A DNA stretch of 64,000 bases from Saprospiraceae bacterium (GCA_029252685.1 JAQXAY010000148.1:2266-66265), one strand, 5' to 3'. Shown: positions 20,284-30,330, counted from the first letter of the stretch. Numbers and translations are program-made. The notes: a model not told the origin generated them from the letters alone.

Positions 20284-21654
20284 TTAGTCTCTAGGTGCAA
20301 TGATTAAAAAATTATCATCCACAATCTTACCGACGTCACCGGTGGAGAGCCATTCTTGCTTTTCCGTTAATCCTGGTTGTTCTTCAATTCCTGTAAAATA
20401 GGAACGCATAACAGAAGGCCCTTTTACAAGGATCTCGCCATATTCTTGGTTCTTTTTTGTTGCAATTCGAACTTTGAGGTTATGCATGATCTTACCACTG
20501 GTTTTGGGCCTTGTAGTATCGTCAGCATACCCATTTAAACTCACCAAAGCAGTTGCCTCTGTTAGACCATATCCTTCTTTGATTTCAATACCTGCATGAT
20601 GAAAGAATTTAGCGGAAAGGGAGTCAAGTGGCGAGCCTATGACATATATAGCTTGCAGCTTATTTCCAAGCTTTTTTCGCCAAGCTTTGAATAAGGTAAG
20701 ATCAATGAATTTAATTATTATCCAATCCCAAAAACCTACAGTGAAGGTTTCTAGATTTTTTTTACAAATGCGCATCACCATATCTAAGGCTGGATTAGAT
20801 TGCTTTCCTTTTTTCGATTCGTCTGTAAGCTTTTTAAGGAATAAAAGACAATCTTCTGTAGACATGCTAAGAAAATGCGGCTTGATGCGTTTAGTCGCAA
20901 AATAAAAATTCTCTACACCACTTTGGAAAAAGCTACTTGCACCGCTTAGCATGACTGCTGTGAGAACAACCCGTTCAAAGGAGTGCGATATATGCGTTAT
21001 GGACAGATGTCTGTGATCACAATTGAGAGGACTTAATTTGAGCATAGCCTGTGCATTCTCAAGGATATTCTTGTGCGAAAGAAGTATGCCTTTTGGTTTA
21101 GCTGTCGTTCCTCTAGTGTAAAGAAGGAAGGCAAGATCATCTTCATGAATGACACCCTTCATTGTTTCCAGCGTTATTTGAGATTCTGGACTTGGATTGT
21201 TAAAGAGGGCATGTTTTTCAATAGTTACGAATTGCTTGTCAAAGTTGAATATTCCTTTTAGTGTACTTATCTGTTCCTCAAAGTCTTGAATGTAGAATTG
21301 AATTTCTTGAGCAAATGTGAAACAAAACTTTGACTGTGTATCTCTTAATAGGTTTATTGTTTCAACAAGGTTTTCATTTGTGATTTCAATTGGAACAACT
21401 ACACCGCCGGCTGATGATATTGCAAGTTCAGCTAGCACCCACCATACATCAGTTGTTGGACCAAATAGACAAACATAATCACCTTTCTTTAGACCTTTAT
21501 CTATTAAATTACATGCCATGTTGCCAACATACATAGCTATTTCTTGTGAGGAAAAGTTGATTTTTTTTCCAGCTTTAAGGTGTCCAAGTGCCCTTTTGTT
21601 AGGAAAAAACTGATTCTGATAGGTTAGGATATCGAAATATCGTTGAGCCTGCAT
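20284..21654 (-). CDS. AMP-binding (acyl-CoA synthetase-like) paralog lacking the C-terminal lid domain
   Basis: 456 aa. Motifs are retained but diverged (YTRGTTAKPKGILLSH, GYGLTE, STGD). The ORF ends at the hinge (IIAPRD-stop), where the neighbour has ITDRKKE plus about 140 more residues. Confidence 0.7.
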   Translation of the reverse strand: MQAQRYFDILTYQNQFFPNKRALGHLKAGKKINFSSQEIAMYVGNMACNLIDKGLKKGDYVCLFGPTTDVWWVLAELAISSAGGVVVPIEITNENLVETINLLRDTQSKFCFTFAQEIQFYIQDFEEQISTLKGIFNFDKQFVTIEKHALFNNPSPESQITLETMKGVIHEDDLAFLLYTRGTTAKPKGILLSHKNILENAQAMLKLSPLNCDHRHLSITHISHSFERVVLTAVMLSGASSFFQSGVENFYFATKRIKPHFLSMSTEDCLLFLKKLTDESKKGKQSNPALDMVMRICKKNLETFTVGFWDWIIIKFIDLTLFKAWRKKLGNKLQAIYVIGSPLDSLSAKFFHHAGIEIKEGYGLTEATALVSLNGYADDTTRPKTSGKIMHNLKVRIATKKNQEYGEILVKGPSVMRSYFTGIEEQPGLTEKQEWLSTGDVGKIVDDNFLIIAPRD

Positions 21655-21922
21655 GTTACAATGTAGTTAGTAAGAGTTCAGTTTAAAGTAAAGAATATTA
21701 AGCCAAAACCATAATCTTTAAAGAAAGTTTTTGGGGAGAAAATGCTGTAAGAATTTTATCAAAAATTGACAAAAACGTATAAATGCCGTAGGTATTTGTA
21801 GTTTTTTTTAAAATAAAACAATAGATTGTTAATCTTCAAAAAAGACAAAAAAAATACCGACATTGTTATAATAAGTATTTTACTGTTTTGAAAATCAACA
21901 GCCAAAGGCAAAACTTCACATT

Positions 21923-24535
21923 ATGAATCGTTTTTTCTATATGAAAAGTTATTTACTCATTTTTCTAAGCTCCTTTCTTTTTGTTGGAGCATCCCCATTG
22001 CATGCTGAAGGTTCAGAATTAGTTTTAAGCGCTGATTCTTGTATCTATACCCTCGATCTTTTTGATTCACTTGGTGATGGGTGGAACTCTAATTCAGTTA
22101 CTGTTACATCTGGAAGTAATTCATTGAATGTAACAATAGAAGAAGGCACTACAATTTCATTTGATGTAGTGGTATACGATGGTGAACCACTAACTATAGA
22201 ATACCTAGAAGGTGGTTCTACCAATGTTGATGGATCATTTAAGTTATATAATCACTTTGGCGGAGAGGTTTTCGCAAGTGGGTTTAATCCAGATTATGGA
22301 ATACTTTACAGCGAGTTGGCTGATTGTTCTTGTCAAGATATCGACCTTTCTACTGTTGTGAGCACTGCATTTATCGATAGTGTTTTCATTCAATGGACAG
22401 ATAATGGTTCGGACTCTTATTCTATTGAATACGGTCCTGTTGGTTTTCCGGTAGGACAAGGCGCGGTAGTAAGTACGAATTCGAATTCCGCGGAGATTGC
22501 TCCATTAAATTCTGGCCTAAGCTACGAATACTATATTACGAGTGAATGTGGGGATGAATTTGCGCCTTCAGATCAGGTAGGACCTGCGTTTTTTCAAACG
22601 AATTTTGATCCTACCTCTGGCGGAAGTTCGTGTGATTTCACATTGGATTTGTTTGATTCTTTTGGTGACGGATGGAATGGTGCTGTAATCTCTTTGGAAG
22701 TAAATGGAGAATCTACTGATTACACTTTTACTACCGGCTCTAGTGCTAGTTTTAATATCACATTGGCGGGTAACTCAGTAGTGAATGTCTCTTATGTTGG
22801 TGGTTTTTATGAAAATGAGGTTAGTTATGTTCTTTCTGACCAGGACGGTAATGAAATTTTTGCAAATGGTCCGTTTCCACCCCAAGGAGAGAATATATTT
22901 AGTTTTATAGCTTGCCCTAACTGTTTAGGGGCAACTGAATTTAATTTAGATTATGCCTTAGCAGACAAAGCGCTTTTTTCTTGGAATGAACCACAAGAAG
23001 AAGGAAGTTTTGAGTTAGAAATCGGCGAGATTGCTTTTGTCCGAGGATCAGGAACCTTATATACTTATAATAGTGAAACACTGGATTCGGAAGTGAATGG
23101 CCTACAGGAGAATACGTATTACTCAGCATATTTGACCTATTATTGTGCGGATGGAGACGTAGGAACGACCTATGGACCGATCATGTTCAAGACTAGTTAT
23201 TATATAGATGTTGGTATTTCTGACTTCTTCAACCCAACTGTGTTGGATTGTGAAATAGAGATTGGAAATGGTGTAAAAGTTGAACTTTCCAATTATGGGC
23301 AAAATCCTCAATCTCTTATCCCACTCAAGTACGCTGTAAATGGAGAGGTTGCTGATGTGGATATTCCATTTGATGGTTTTTATACAGGTGTTATAGGATA
23401 TGGTTTTAATGACGGTTTTACCTTTGATGAGCCTTATGATTTTTCTCAGCCTGGGACATATTATATTCAAGGATGGACAGAGCTGGAAGAGGATGTAAAC
23501 ACCTTGAATGATAGCTTTCAGTTAGTAGTGAAAACAGCCAATTACCTGCCTTTGAAAGAAGATTTCGAGGCCCTAGTACTTCCTGAAGGATGGTCCACTA
23601 GTAATGGATTTGGATTTTACCCACAAGGGGCACATAATAATGAATCAGCTTGTTGGGGAGTGAATCTGTACAGTGCTTTCAATCCCATAGCAGACTTGAC
23701 TACAGATCGTTATGTTATCAATGAGGAGGGCAAAGTTTTGTCTTTCGATTATCGCTATACTTTATGGTCTGCTGGTACAACTGGTTTTGAACTGGAGGAT
23801 AATAAATTGAATGTTCAAATTTCGACAGATTGTGGTCAGACCTATGAAACTGTTTTTGTAATTGATGGTAATAATCACGTGCCATCAGCAGACTTTACGC
23901 TTATAGAGATTCCTTTAGATGACTACGTTGGACAAGCTATAAATGTTAAGTTCTTTGCCGAATGGTCTGTTGTGGATTATTGGCTTGACATTGATAATGT
24001 AAACATTATCGGATGTCCTCCAGGTCTTGGAATAACCTATTCAATTGTTGGCGAAACTCAACCAAATGCTGGAGATGCTACAATTACGACTGCTCCTCCA
24101 TTTTTTGGTCAAGAACCGTATACTTATATCTGGAGCTCCGATCCGATTAATAATACTCCGGTACTAGATAATATTGGAGCTGGTTTTTACGATCTAGCAG
24201 TTGTCGATGAAAATGGTTGTTCAGAATCGTTTGTCTTTACGGTGAATGAAATTCCTGTAAGTACTGAAGAGGAAGATATTGCTTTCAATGTTTTTGATGT
24301 AATGCCAAATCCAACTTCAGGACAGATCTTTATCAATATAGAATTGGTAGAACAAGAAGATTTAAATATTGAGCTTTTAGATAATCTAGGACGTGTAATT
24401 CGCAGCATCAGAGCTGAAAATGTTCTCGATTGGTCTGAATCATTAGATATGAGTGGATATGCTTCTGGAATGTACTTTTTAAGAGCTTATTCTGATCAAT
24501 CAATAATGACTAAGAGAATAATTTTGAATAAATAA
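21923..24535 (+). CDS. Large T9SS-secreted multidomain surface protein (GDGW repeats, MAM/choice-of-anchor-J-like domain, SprB-like repeat, CTD)
   Basis: 870 aa with a signal peptide and two copies of a C..TLDLFDS.GDGWN module. Has an LPLKEDFE...PEGW...IDNVNI MAM-like domain and an SprB-type repeat (YTYIWSS...AGFYDLAVVDENGC). The CTD is MPNPTSGQIFINI...GMYFLRAY. Confidence 0.8.
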   Translation: MNRFFYMKSYLLIFLSSFLFVGASPLHAEGSELVLSADSCIYTLDLFDSLGDGWNSNSVTVTSGSNSLNVTIEEGTTISFDVVVYDGEPLTIEYLEGGSTNVDGSFKLYNHFGGEVFASGFNPDYGILYSELADCSCQDIDLSTVVSTAFIDSVFIQWTDNGSDSYSIEYGPVGFPVGQGAVVSTNSNSAEIAPLNSGLSYEYYITSECGDEFAPSDQVGPAFFQTNFDPTSGGSSCDFTLDLFDSFGDGWNGAVISLEVNGESTDYTFTTGSSASFNITLAGNSVVNVSYVGGFYENEVSYVLSDQDGNEIFANGPFPPQGENIFSFIACPNCLGATEFNLDYALADKALFSWNEPQEEGSFELEIGEIAFVRGSGTLYTYNSETLDSEVNGLQENTYYSAYLTYYCADGDVGTTYGPIMFKTSYYIDVGISDFFNPTVLDCEIEIGNGVKVELSNYGQNPQSLIPLKYAVNGEVADVDIPFDGFYTGVIGYGFNDGFTFDEPYDFSQPGTYYIQGWTELEEDVNTLNDSFQLVVKTANYLPLKEDFEALVLPEGWSTSNGFGFYPQGAHNNESACWGVNLYSAFNPIADLTTDRYVINEEGKVLSFDYRYTLWSAGTTGFELEDNKLNVQISTDCGQTYETVFVIDGNNHVPSADFTLIEIPLDDYVGQAINVKFFAEWSVVDYWLDIDNVNIIGCPPGLGITYSIVGETQPNAGDATITTAPPFFGQEPYTYIWSSDPINNTPVLDNIGAGFYDLAVVDENGCSESFVFTVNEIPVSTEEEDIAFNVFDVMPNPTSGQIFINIELVEQEDLNIELLDNLGRVIRSIRAENVLDWSESLDMSGYASGMYFLRAYSDQSIMTKRIILNK

Positions 24536-24553
24536 TAAATTCTATTTATGCTT

Positions 24554-24582
24554 AAAGCCGCAACATTGTTGTGGCTTTTTTT
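24554..24582 (+). terminator. Intrinsic terminator after the 870-aa T9SS cargo gene
   Basis: Stem aaagccgcaac/gttgtggcttt (one G-U pair) followed by a T7 run, 19 nt after the stop. Confidence 0.6.
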
Positions 24583-24637
24583 GTCTTTAAGATTAATTAA
24601 CTTGGATTGAAATTTGTCTGTTCAGACAATAACAAAA

Positions 24638-25783
24638 ATGTATGGTATGAAGATTGGAATAGTTTGTTATCCAACCTTTGGAGGATCAGGAGTGTTAGCT
24701 ACTGAATTAGGCCTTGGACTTGCGAAGAAAGGACATGAAGTTCATTTCATTACATATAGAACACCTTTTAGATTAACTGCGTTTCAAGAAAATGTATTCT
24801 ATCATGAGGTTAGTGACCTTAATTATCCACTCTTCGAATATGCACCTTATGAGACTGCATTAGCGAGTAAAATGGTGGATGTAGTTCTTCATGAAGACTT
24901 AGATGTATTGCACGTTCATTACGCCGTACCTCACGCTTCTGTGGCCTATATGGCAAAAAAGATTCTTCTTCAAAAAGGAAAGTATATACCAGTAGTTACA
25001 ACCTTGCATGGTACAGATATAACCTTGGTCGGGCGAGATCCAGCAATGGCCCCTGTAGTAAGTTTTTCAATTGATAAGTCTGATGGTGTAACAGCAGTGT
25101 CTCATGCACTTAAAAAGCAAACCTTAGAGGCTTTTGATATTTCTAATGATATCAAAGTAATTCATAATTTTATAGATTTAAACAGATTCTCAAGGCAGAA
25201 TAAAGAACATTTCAAACAGGCAATAGCTCCAAACGGAGAACGAATATTTATTCATGTGTCCAACTTCCGAAAAGTAAAACGGGTGGATGATGTGATTAAA
25301 ATGTTTGCACTTGTAGAAAAAGAGATATCAGCAACCTTACTGATGATTGGTGATGGTCCTGACCGATATAAAATGGAAGCATTATGTCGCGAAATGGGTC
25401 TTTGTGATAAGATTCGTTTTCTTGGTAAACAAGAAGCTGTAGAGGAGTTATTAGCGATTTCAGATATCTTTGTGATGCCTTCTGAAAATGAAAGTTTTGG
25501 TTTGGCAGCACTTGAAGCAATGGCATGCCAGGTGCCTGTTATTTCTTCGAATGTAGGCGGTATCCCTGAGGTCAATATTGATGGCGTTACTGGTTATATT
25601 TCTTCGGTTGGAGATATAGAAGCAATGGCAAAAAATGCCTTGTCTATTCTGAAGTCTGAGGAAGAATTAACCAAATTTCGAAAAGCTGCCCTAACGCAAG
25701 CCGAGCGATTTTCTATCGACTATATTCTTCCTCAGTATGAAGATTATTATGCGGAAATAATTCGAACTACAGTTTATGCTTAG
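24638..25783 (+). CDS. bshA: N-acetyl-alpha-D-glucosaminyl L-malate synthase (bacillithiol biosynthesis GT4 glycosyltransferase)
   Basis: The N-terminus MKIGIVCYPTFGGSGVLATELGLGLAKKGHEVHFITY closely resembles Bacillus BshA. The GT-B C-terminal E..FGLAALEAMAC motif is present. The start was moved from the track's TTG (24614) to the ATG at 24638. Confidence 0.8.
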   Translation: MYGMKIGIVCYPTFGGSGVLATELGLGLAKKGHEVHFITYRTPFRLTAFQENVFYHEVSDLNYPLFEYAPYETALASKMVDVVLHEDLDVLHVHYAVPHASVAYMAKKILLQKGKYIPVVTTLHGTDITLVGRDPAMAPVVSFSIDKSDGVTAVSHALKKQTLEAFDISNDIKVIHNFIDLNRFSRQNKEHFKQAIAPNGERIFIHVSNFRKVKRVDDVIKMFALVEKEISATLLMIGDGPDRYKMEALCREMGLCDKIRFLGKQEAVEELLAISDIFVMPSENESFGLAALEAMACQVPVISSNVGGIPEVNIDGVTGYISSVGDIEAMAKNALSILKSEEELTKFRKAALTQAERFSIDYILPQYEDYYAEIIRTTVYA

Positions 25784-25786
25784 TAC

Positions 25787-28111
25787 TTAACGAACGATCA
25801 ATAATTTCCCTGTTGTAGTTCTAGGTTTGTCAAAATTCTCATCTGAGCTTACAAAGATTAGGTAAACACCAGTCTCTGGTTTTCTTCCTTTAAGATCTCT
25901 GCCATCCCAGACCGCTTGTCCACCCAGGGCAATGGTCTCGTAGACTAATTTACCATCGACGGTTGTTATCTTTATTCTGCTATTTTCGGATACTCCTCGT
26001 ATGGCAATAGGACCATCATAGTCTGGCCTAACAGGGTTCGGAAATACTTCGACTTCACTGTGGAATTCTCCTCCATCTACTGCTTCGCCACGAATAATCA
26101 AGATGCCTTCACTGGTTCCTATATATGCTTCTCCATTTAGGGAGTCAAATTTTATGAGCTTTATACTGTTTGAAAAGAGAGGGCTATTATCAATGTCTAG
26201 TCTTAATACTTGGTTTTCGCCAGATTCTGATTGAACAAAAATTCCGTTATCGGTTCCGAACCATTTTCGATTAGCTCCATCTATTCCGATGCAGTTTATA
26301 TTTTCAGTTTCGAGTAGATAGGCGCCAATATTGTCTGTTTCTCCAATCCTAAGTGAACCCTGACAACCGGATTCTTCAAAAATATTTGATGCACAGTCAA
26401 AAACAACAGGACCTTCCTGTGTTCCTACCCAAACATCACCATCCTTATCAACAGAGATACAGTTTACTGAATTTGTAGGTAAATTACTGTTGTTGGTATT
26501 TATGATCCAGGATCTATCATCTGAGGTACTTAATGGATCTTCGCCAGAATCATAGACCAACACTCCATTACTGCTCCCTCCAATAACAAACCACTTGTAA
26601 CCATTTTGATCAATGGTCATAGAGAGTAACTGTTTACTTGGAAATAAAAAGTTTTGCCATTCACCACCAGCTGTCAAAACAGAAACAGGATTGTTAGCGC
26701 CATAATTAGAAACCCATAAGTTTAGGTCATCATCAAAGCCTAAATCTGCAATTCTTGTCCTTGTTGGATCCCCAGGAATGTTTCCAAGACTTGAATTAGC
26801 ATCATTGAATATGTTCATCTCGTCTGCTTGGCGATCAAAATGTACTAATCCATCTAAATATGATCCAAAATATATATCATTCGTTATGGGATGCACCTCG
26901 ACTGAACTTATGTCTGCCAATCCATCTAGATTATCATATCTATTGGAGAAATATTGTCCCCAAGTGCCATCTACATAGCCTAGTAGTCCACTAAAGTTGA
27001 ATAGATAATCATAGTTTACTCCATAGCCTCCTGGTGCAATCCATATTTCTTCTCCGTTGAGTTCAAGATCAAATACTCCCTTGTCCAATATATCATTTGA
27101 AAAAATGAATTTACAGGAATAGTTACCATCTGTATCGGGTTCAAGGTATCGAAGCGGTCTAAAGTTATCACTGAGCCAAATATTTCCAGCTGCATCAGCA
27201 ATAGCATTTATATTTTGACCGAAACAAGTTTCAGAACCCAACTTAATATCTCTAAAGTCGTCTGTGTCTGTTTGGAGATATAGTGGTGCTTGGCAGAATT
27301 GATCGACACATCCATATGCTACAAGCAGTTTGTCATAAGCACTATTGATATAAACAGGAAAAAAGTTATCGTCTTCTAACACTTTTTCAATTGTAACTTC
27401 GTCATAGCTATATACTGCCTTGTTGATTCCTAGGTAAAGCTTCCCTGCGTGGCTGTTAAGTGCATATGATTCATAGGCAGCAGGCAGTTCATCGTTATCG
27501 AGGAAGGTCCATGTATCTACGTTGTCTATGTTAGGATTGTCTCCAGGAGAAAAGAATATACCCTCATTCGTTGCAATGTAGATCTGATCATTAAAGACAC
27601 AAGCACTATATATATTTATACCTAACTTCCTTGCGGTAAACGAAAACTCTTCGTTCGCAATATCAAATCGTGTAAGCCCGAAATTGCCAGCAATCAAAAC
27701 CCCACCTGCTCCATCTAAGCTTACAGCATTTACAGCTTTTACACCTTGTGTGAAATTAAAGTTTTTGAGGTCAAGGTTAGCACGAATACCTTCTGGGCCA
27801 ATCATGTCAATTATAAGCGATTCATAAATAAGAACAAGGTTCTCAGTTTGTTCATCATAGATGCTATGTTGAATATTGATATCACTGAGGCCATCCACTC
27901 TACTCAATCTAGTTTTTGACTTATTGGACTTGTTTAGTATCATAAGTCCAATGTTTGACCCTATGAAAACATTTTCACTGTCTTGAGTAATTGATACACC
28001 AACATTATAGGGTACCATTGCTTTCCATTCACCGATTCTCAATTCTGACTCCTGTGCGAATATGGAAATAGAAATTAATAGTATTGGAAATATGTAAAAT
28101 AGTCGCTTCAT
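25787..28111 (-). CDS. porZ: PorZ-like T9SS component (double beta-propeller protein with C-terminal domain)
   Basis: 774 aa, similar in size to P. gingivalis PorZ. Has a signal peptide, two-component-regulator-propeller-type repeats throughout, and the tail VFPNPVRPDYDGPIAIRGV...GVYLIFV...GKLLIVR. Confidence 0.6.
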   Translation of the reverse strand: MKRLFYIFPILLISISIFAQESELRIGEWKAMVPYNVGVSITQDSENVFIGSNIGLMILNKSNKSKTRLSRVDGLSDINIQHSIYDEQTENLVLIYESLIIDMIGPEGIRANLDLKNFNFTQGVKAVNAVSLDGAGGVLIAGNFGLTRFDIANEEFSFTARKLGINIYSACVFNDQIYIATNEGIFFSPGDNPNIDNVDTWTFLDNDELPAAYESYALNSHAGKLYLGINKAVYSYDEVTIEKVLEDDNFFPVYINSAYDKLLVAYGCVDQFCQAPLYLQTDTDDFRDIKLGSETCFGQNINAIADAAGNIWLSDNFRPLRYLEPDTDGNYSCKFIFSNDILDKGVFDLELNGEEIWIAPGGYGVNYDYLFNFSGLLGYVDGTWGQYFSNRYDNLDGLADISSVEVHPITNDIYFGSYLDGLVHFDRQADEMNIFNDANSSLGNIPGDPTRTRIADLGFDDDLNLWVSNYGANNPVSVLTAGGEWQNFLFPSKQLLSMTIDQNGYKWFVIGGSSNGVLVYDSGEDPLSTSDDRSWIINTNNSNLPTNSVNCISVDKDGDVWVGTQEGPVVFDCASNIFEESGCQGSLRIGETDNIGAYLLETENINCIGIDGANRKWFGTDNGIFVQSESGENQVLRLDIDNSPLFSNSIKLIKFDSLNGEAYIGTSEGILIIRGEAVDGGEFHSEVEVFPNPVRPDYDGPIAIRGVSENSRIKITTVDGKLVYETIALGGQAVWDGRDLKGRKPETGVYLIFVSSDENFDKPRTTTGKLLIVR

Positions 28112-28180
28112 TCTTTTATTGATTTACCTAATATTAAAGTAATATTCGATAGTCTATTGTGCTGGGTAGTCGCTTTAAAC

Positions 28181-28756
28181 TTATTTATATAGGGTGCTGT
28201 CTAGAAGGTATTTGTATACAGGCTCTGGCACCATGTAGCGAATTGATCTTCCTGCTTTGATTTCTCCCCTTAAAAACGAGGCTGAAATATTCAGAAGAGG
28301 ACCTTTGTTGATGTTTAAATTTGTTTGCTCAAGTTCTGTAGGAGCAACTTCTCTTTCAGGTCTTTGATAAACTATAATAGGGTATTCTTTTGCAAGAAAT
28401 TCTGCATTTTTCCATTTGTGGAAGCTTTTGATATTATCAGATCCCATGATCAATGAGAAATTGTGCTTAGGAAATTTTTCCCGAAGGAAAATAAGTGTAT
28501 CAGACGTATAGGAGGGCTTTGGAAGTGCAAATTCAATATTCGAAGATCTTAATCTAGGATTGTTTTCTATGGCAAGGTTGACCAAGTGTAACCTGTCGTA
28601 ATCTGGTGCTAATGAGGCTTTTTTCTTGAAAGGACTGTGCGGACTTACTACAAACCATACTTCATCTAACTTTTGATTTTCCAAAATACTATTAGCGATA
28701 ATAAGGTGTCCAATATGTATTGGATTGAATGAACCGAAGAAAAGACCAATCTCCAT
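28181..28756 (-). CDS. nadD: Nicotinate-nucleotide adenylyltransferase
   Basis: 191 aa with a GSFNPIHIGH (HxGH) nucleotidyltransferase motif and a C-terminal ISAS..R motif. Confidence 0.9.
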   Translation of the reverse strand: MEIGLFFGSFNPIHIGHLIIANSILENQKLDEVWFVVSPHSPFKKKASLAPDYDRLHLVNLAIENNPRLRSSNIEFALPKPSYTSDTLIFLREKFPKHNFSLIMGSDNIKSFHKWKNAEFLAKEYPIIVYQRPEREVAPTELEQTNLNINKGPLLNISASFLRGEIKAGRSIRYMVPEPVYKYLLDSTLYK

Positions 28757-28801
28757 CTGTTACTTTTTTGCACAAGTTAAACATAATTGGAGACACCTAA
28801 A

Positions 28802-29227
28802 TTATTTAGATGATTCATATAAGGCTATAAGCCATTTTGAGTCTTTATATACTAGATGGAATGTGTCGAGATAGGTTTCATCAAAGCTTAGATCTTTAAT
28901 GGTTGTGATGCATGTCGCTGTCTCTGCACCTTGGGTGCACTTTAATTTAAGGAACTGACTCTTACTTTTGATTGTATCTTCTGGAGTGTTAAGCACAAAA
29001 TGTTTGATTTCATTAAGAAATTCTTTTGCTTCCTCGTTTGCAATTTCTTTTGCTTGGTCAAAATCATTGTTATCCATAAAGTACTGCCAAGATTTAACTG
29101 TGCTTTCTGGGGTGTTTTCCTGCAGTAGCTGTCTTATCGGTTTGTCTTCGGTATTCTGATCTTGATTCTTTTTACAAGCAAAGGAGCAACTTAAAATGAG
29201 GAGTATTATAAATAACTTGATTTTCAT
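28802..29227 (-). CDS. Hypothetical lipoprotein
   Basis: The track ORF was trimmed to the ATG at 29225-29227 (MKIKLFIILLILSCSFAC, lipobox). The longer version would run into the upstream terminator hairpin. Confidence 0.5.
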   Translation of the reverse strand: MKIKLFIILLILSCSFACKKNQDQNTEDKPIRQLLQENTPESTVKSWQYFMDNNDFDQAKEIANEEAKEFLNEIKHFVLNTPEDTIKSKSQFLKLKCTQGAETATCITTIKDLSFDETYLDTFHLVYKDSKWLIALYESSK

Positions 29228-29249
29228 TTTTAATATTAATAAAAATCCC

Positions 29250-29290
29250 AAAAAAAAACTCAAATCAATTTAAGTGATTTGAGTTTTTTT
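29250..29290 (-). terminator. Intrinsic terminator after the 117-aa lipoprotein gene
   Basis: 11-bp arms aactcaaatca/tgatttgagtt flanked by an A-run and a T-run. Lies just downstream of the stop at 29296. Confidence 0.55.
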
Positions 29291-29295
29291 AAGAT

Positions 29296-29649
29296 TTAAA
29301 ATCCGGAGTCTATGATTCTATATACTGCCGGATTATTTTTAATAAAGTCAGCATAAATACTGTCTTTAGTGCTTTGGATTCCTAAGGCTTCGTAATGAAT
29401 GATTAAATCCCCCCAGGCTTCTTCTAAGAGGCCTAGCTGTATCTTTGCATCACATTCCGATATTGTACTTGAATAGGTTGTGTCCCACTTATTGACCACA
29501 TGAAAATCATTATCAGGGGTGCTGCAAATTGAAATGGAAGGATTAATGGATTCAATGACTACTTCCTTAGTGTCTAAGCAATGGATCTCTTCGTTATTAC
29601 ATGCGAAGCTTATGCATAGCAAGAGCGGTAAAAGTTTGGTTGTTTTCAT
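29296..29649 (-). CDS. Small 4-Cys lipoprotein, paralog A
   Basis: 117 aa with lipobox ISFAC. About 40% identical by eye to the 119-aa neighbour, with conserved Cys at CLD, IC and SEC. Confidence 0.6.
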   Translation of the reverse strand: MKTTKLLPLLLCISFACNNEEIHCLDTKEVVIESINPSISICSTPDNDFHVVNKWDTTYSSTISECDAKIQLGLLEEAWGDLIIHYEALGIQSTKDSIYADFIKNNPAVYRIIDSGF

Positions 29650-29791
29650 TTTAAACGGGGTTTGGGGTTTTTGTTTATTGTTCTTAAAGGGATTACTAAA
29701 TTAGTAGTTATTAGGGATCAAATATTGAGAGGTATATTACAAATTGGATAAGTGAGCAATAAATTTTATAGATGTGTCTTTTCCCTTACAA

Positions 29792-30151
29792 TCAATTACC
29801 GTTATCGGAAATCTTAAATATTGGTGGATTATTTGATAAGAAATCAAAATATAGACTGTCTTGTAGGCTTATCCCTGAATTCGATTCGTGTTTATCTAAG
29901 ATTAGCATCCAAGATGCTTCAAGTTCTTCAATTTGAATTTCAGCTTGACACTCTGACATAATTAGAAATTCTGAAGTGTCCCACTTGTGTTCCACTCTGA
30001 AATTCATTTCAGATGTTTGACAGATTCTTGCTGATGGAGTGATGGATTTGATGACAACTTGCTTGTTGTCTAGGCATTCTATGTCCTTGTTGGAGCAAGA
30101 AAAAAGGAATAGTGTTCCGATACAAATTAAAATTGCAAAAGGGGTTTTCAT
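29792..30151 (-). CDS. Small 4-Cys lipoprotein, paralog B
   Basis: 119 aa with lipobox LFSC. Shares the motifs I.CLD.K.VVI.SI.PS..IC, KWDT, SEC.A.IQ and DF..NNP with paralog A. Confidence 0.6.
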   Translation of the reverse strand: MKTPFAILICIGTLFLFSCSNKDIECLDNKQVVIKSITPSARICQTSEMNFRVEHKWDTSEFLIMSECQAEIQIEELEASWMLILDKHESNSGISLQDSLYFDFLSNNPPIFKISDNGN

Positions 30152-30330
30152 ACGTTCAATGATTTTGGATACTTACTTTAAACATTGAGACGTTAATTGG
30201 TATTGTATAGAACACAAAAATACGAGATCTACTTGTCAAAAAATAGCAAATCAGGTATGATAACACTTTGTTAAATGTTGAGGATCAGAACGTTGTTTTG
30301 TATTGTTTGATTTGTGATAATTGCAATAAA

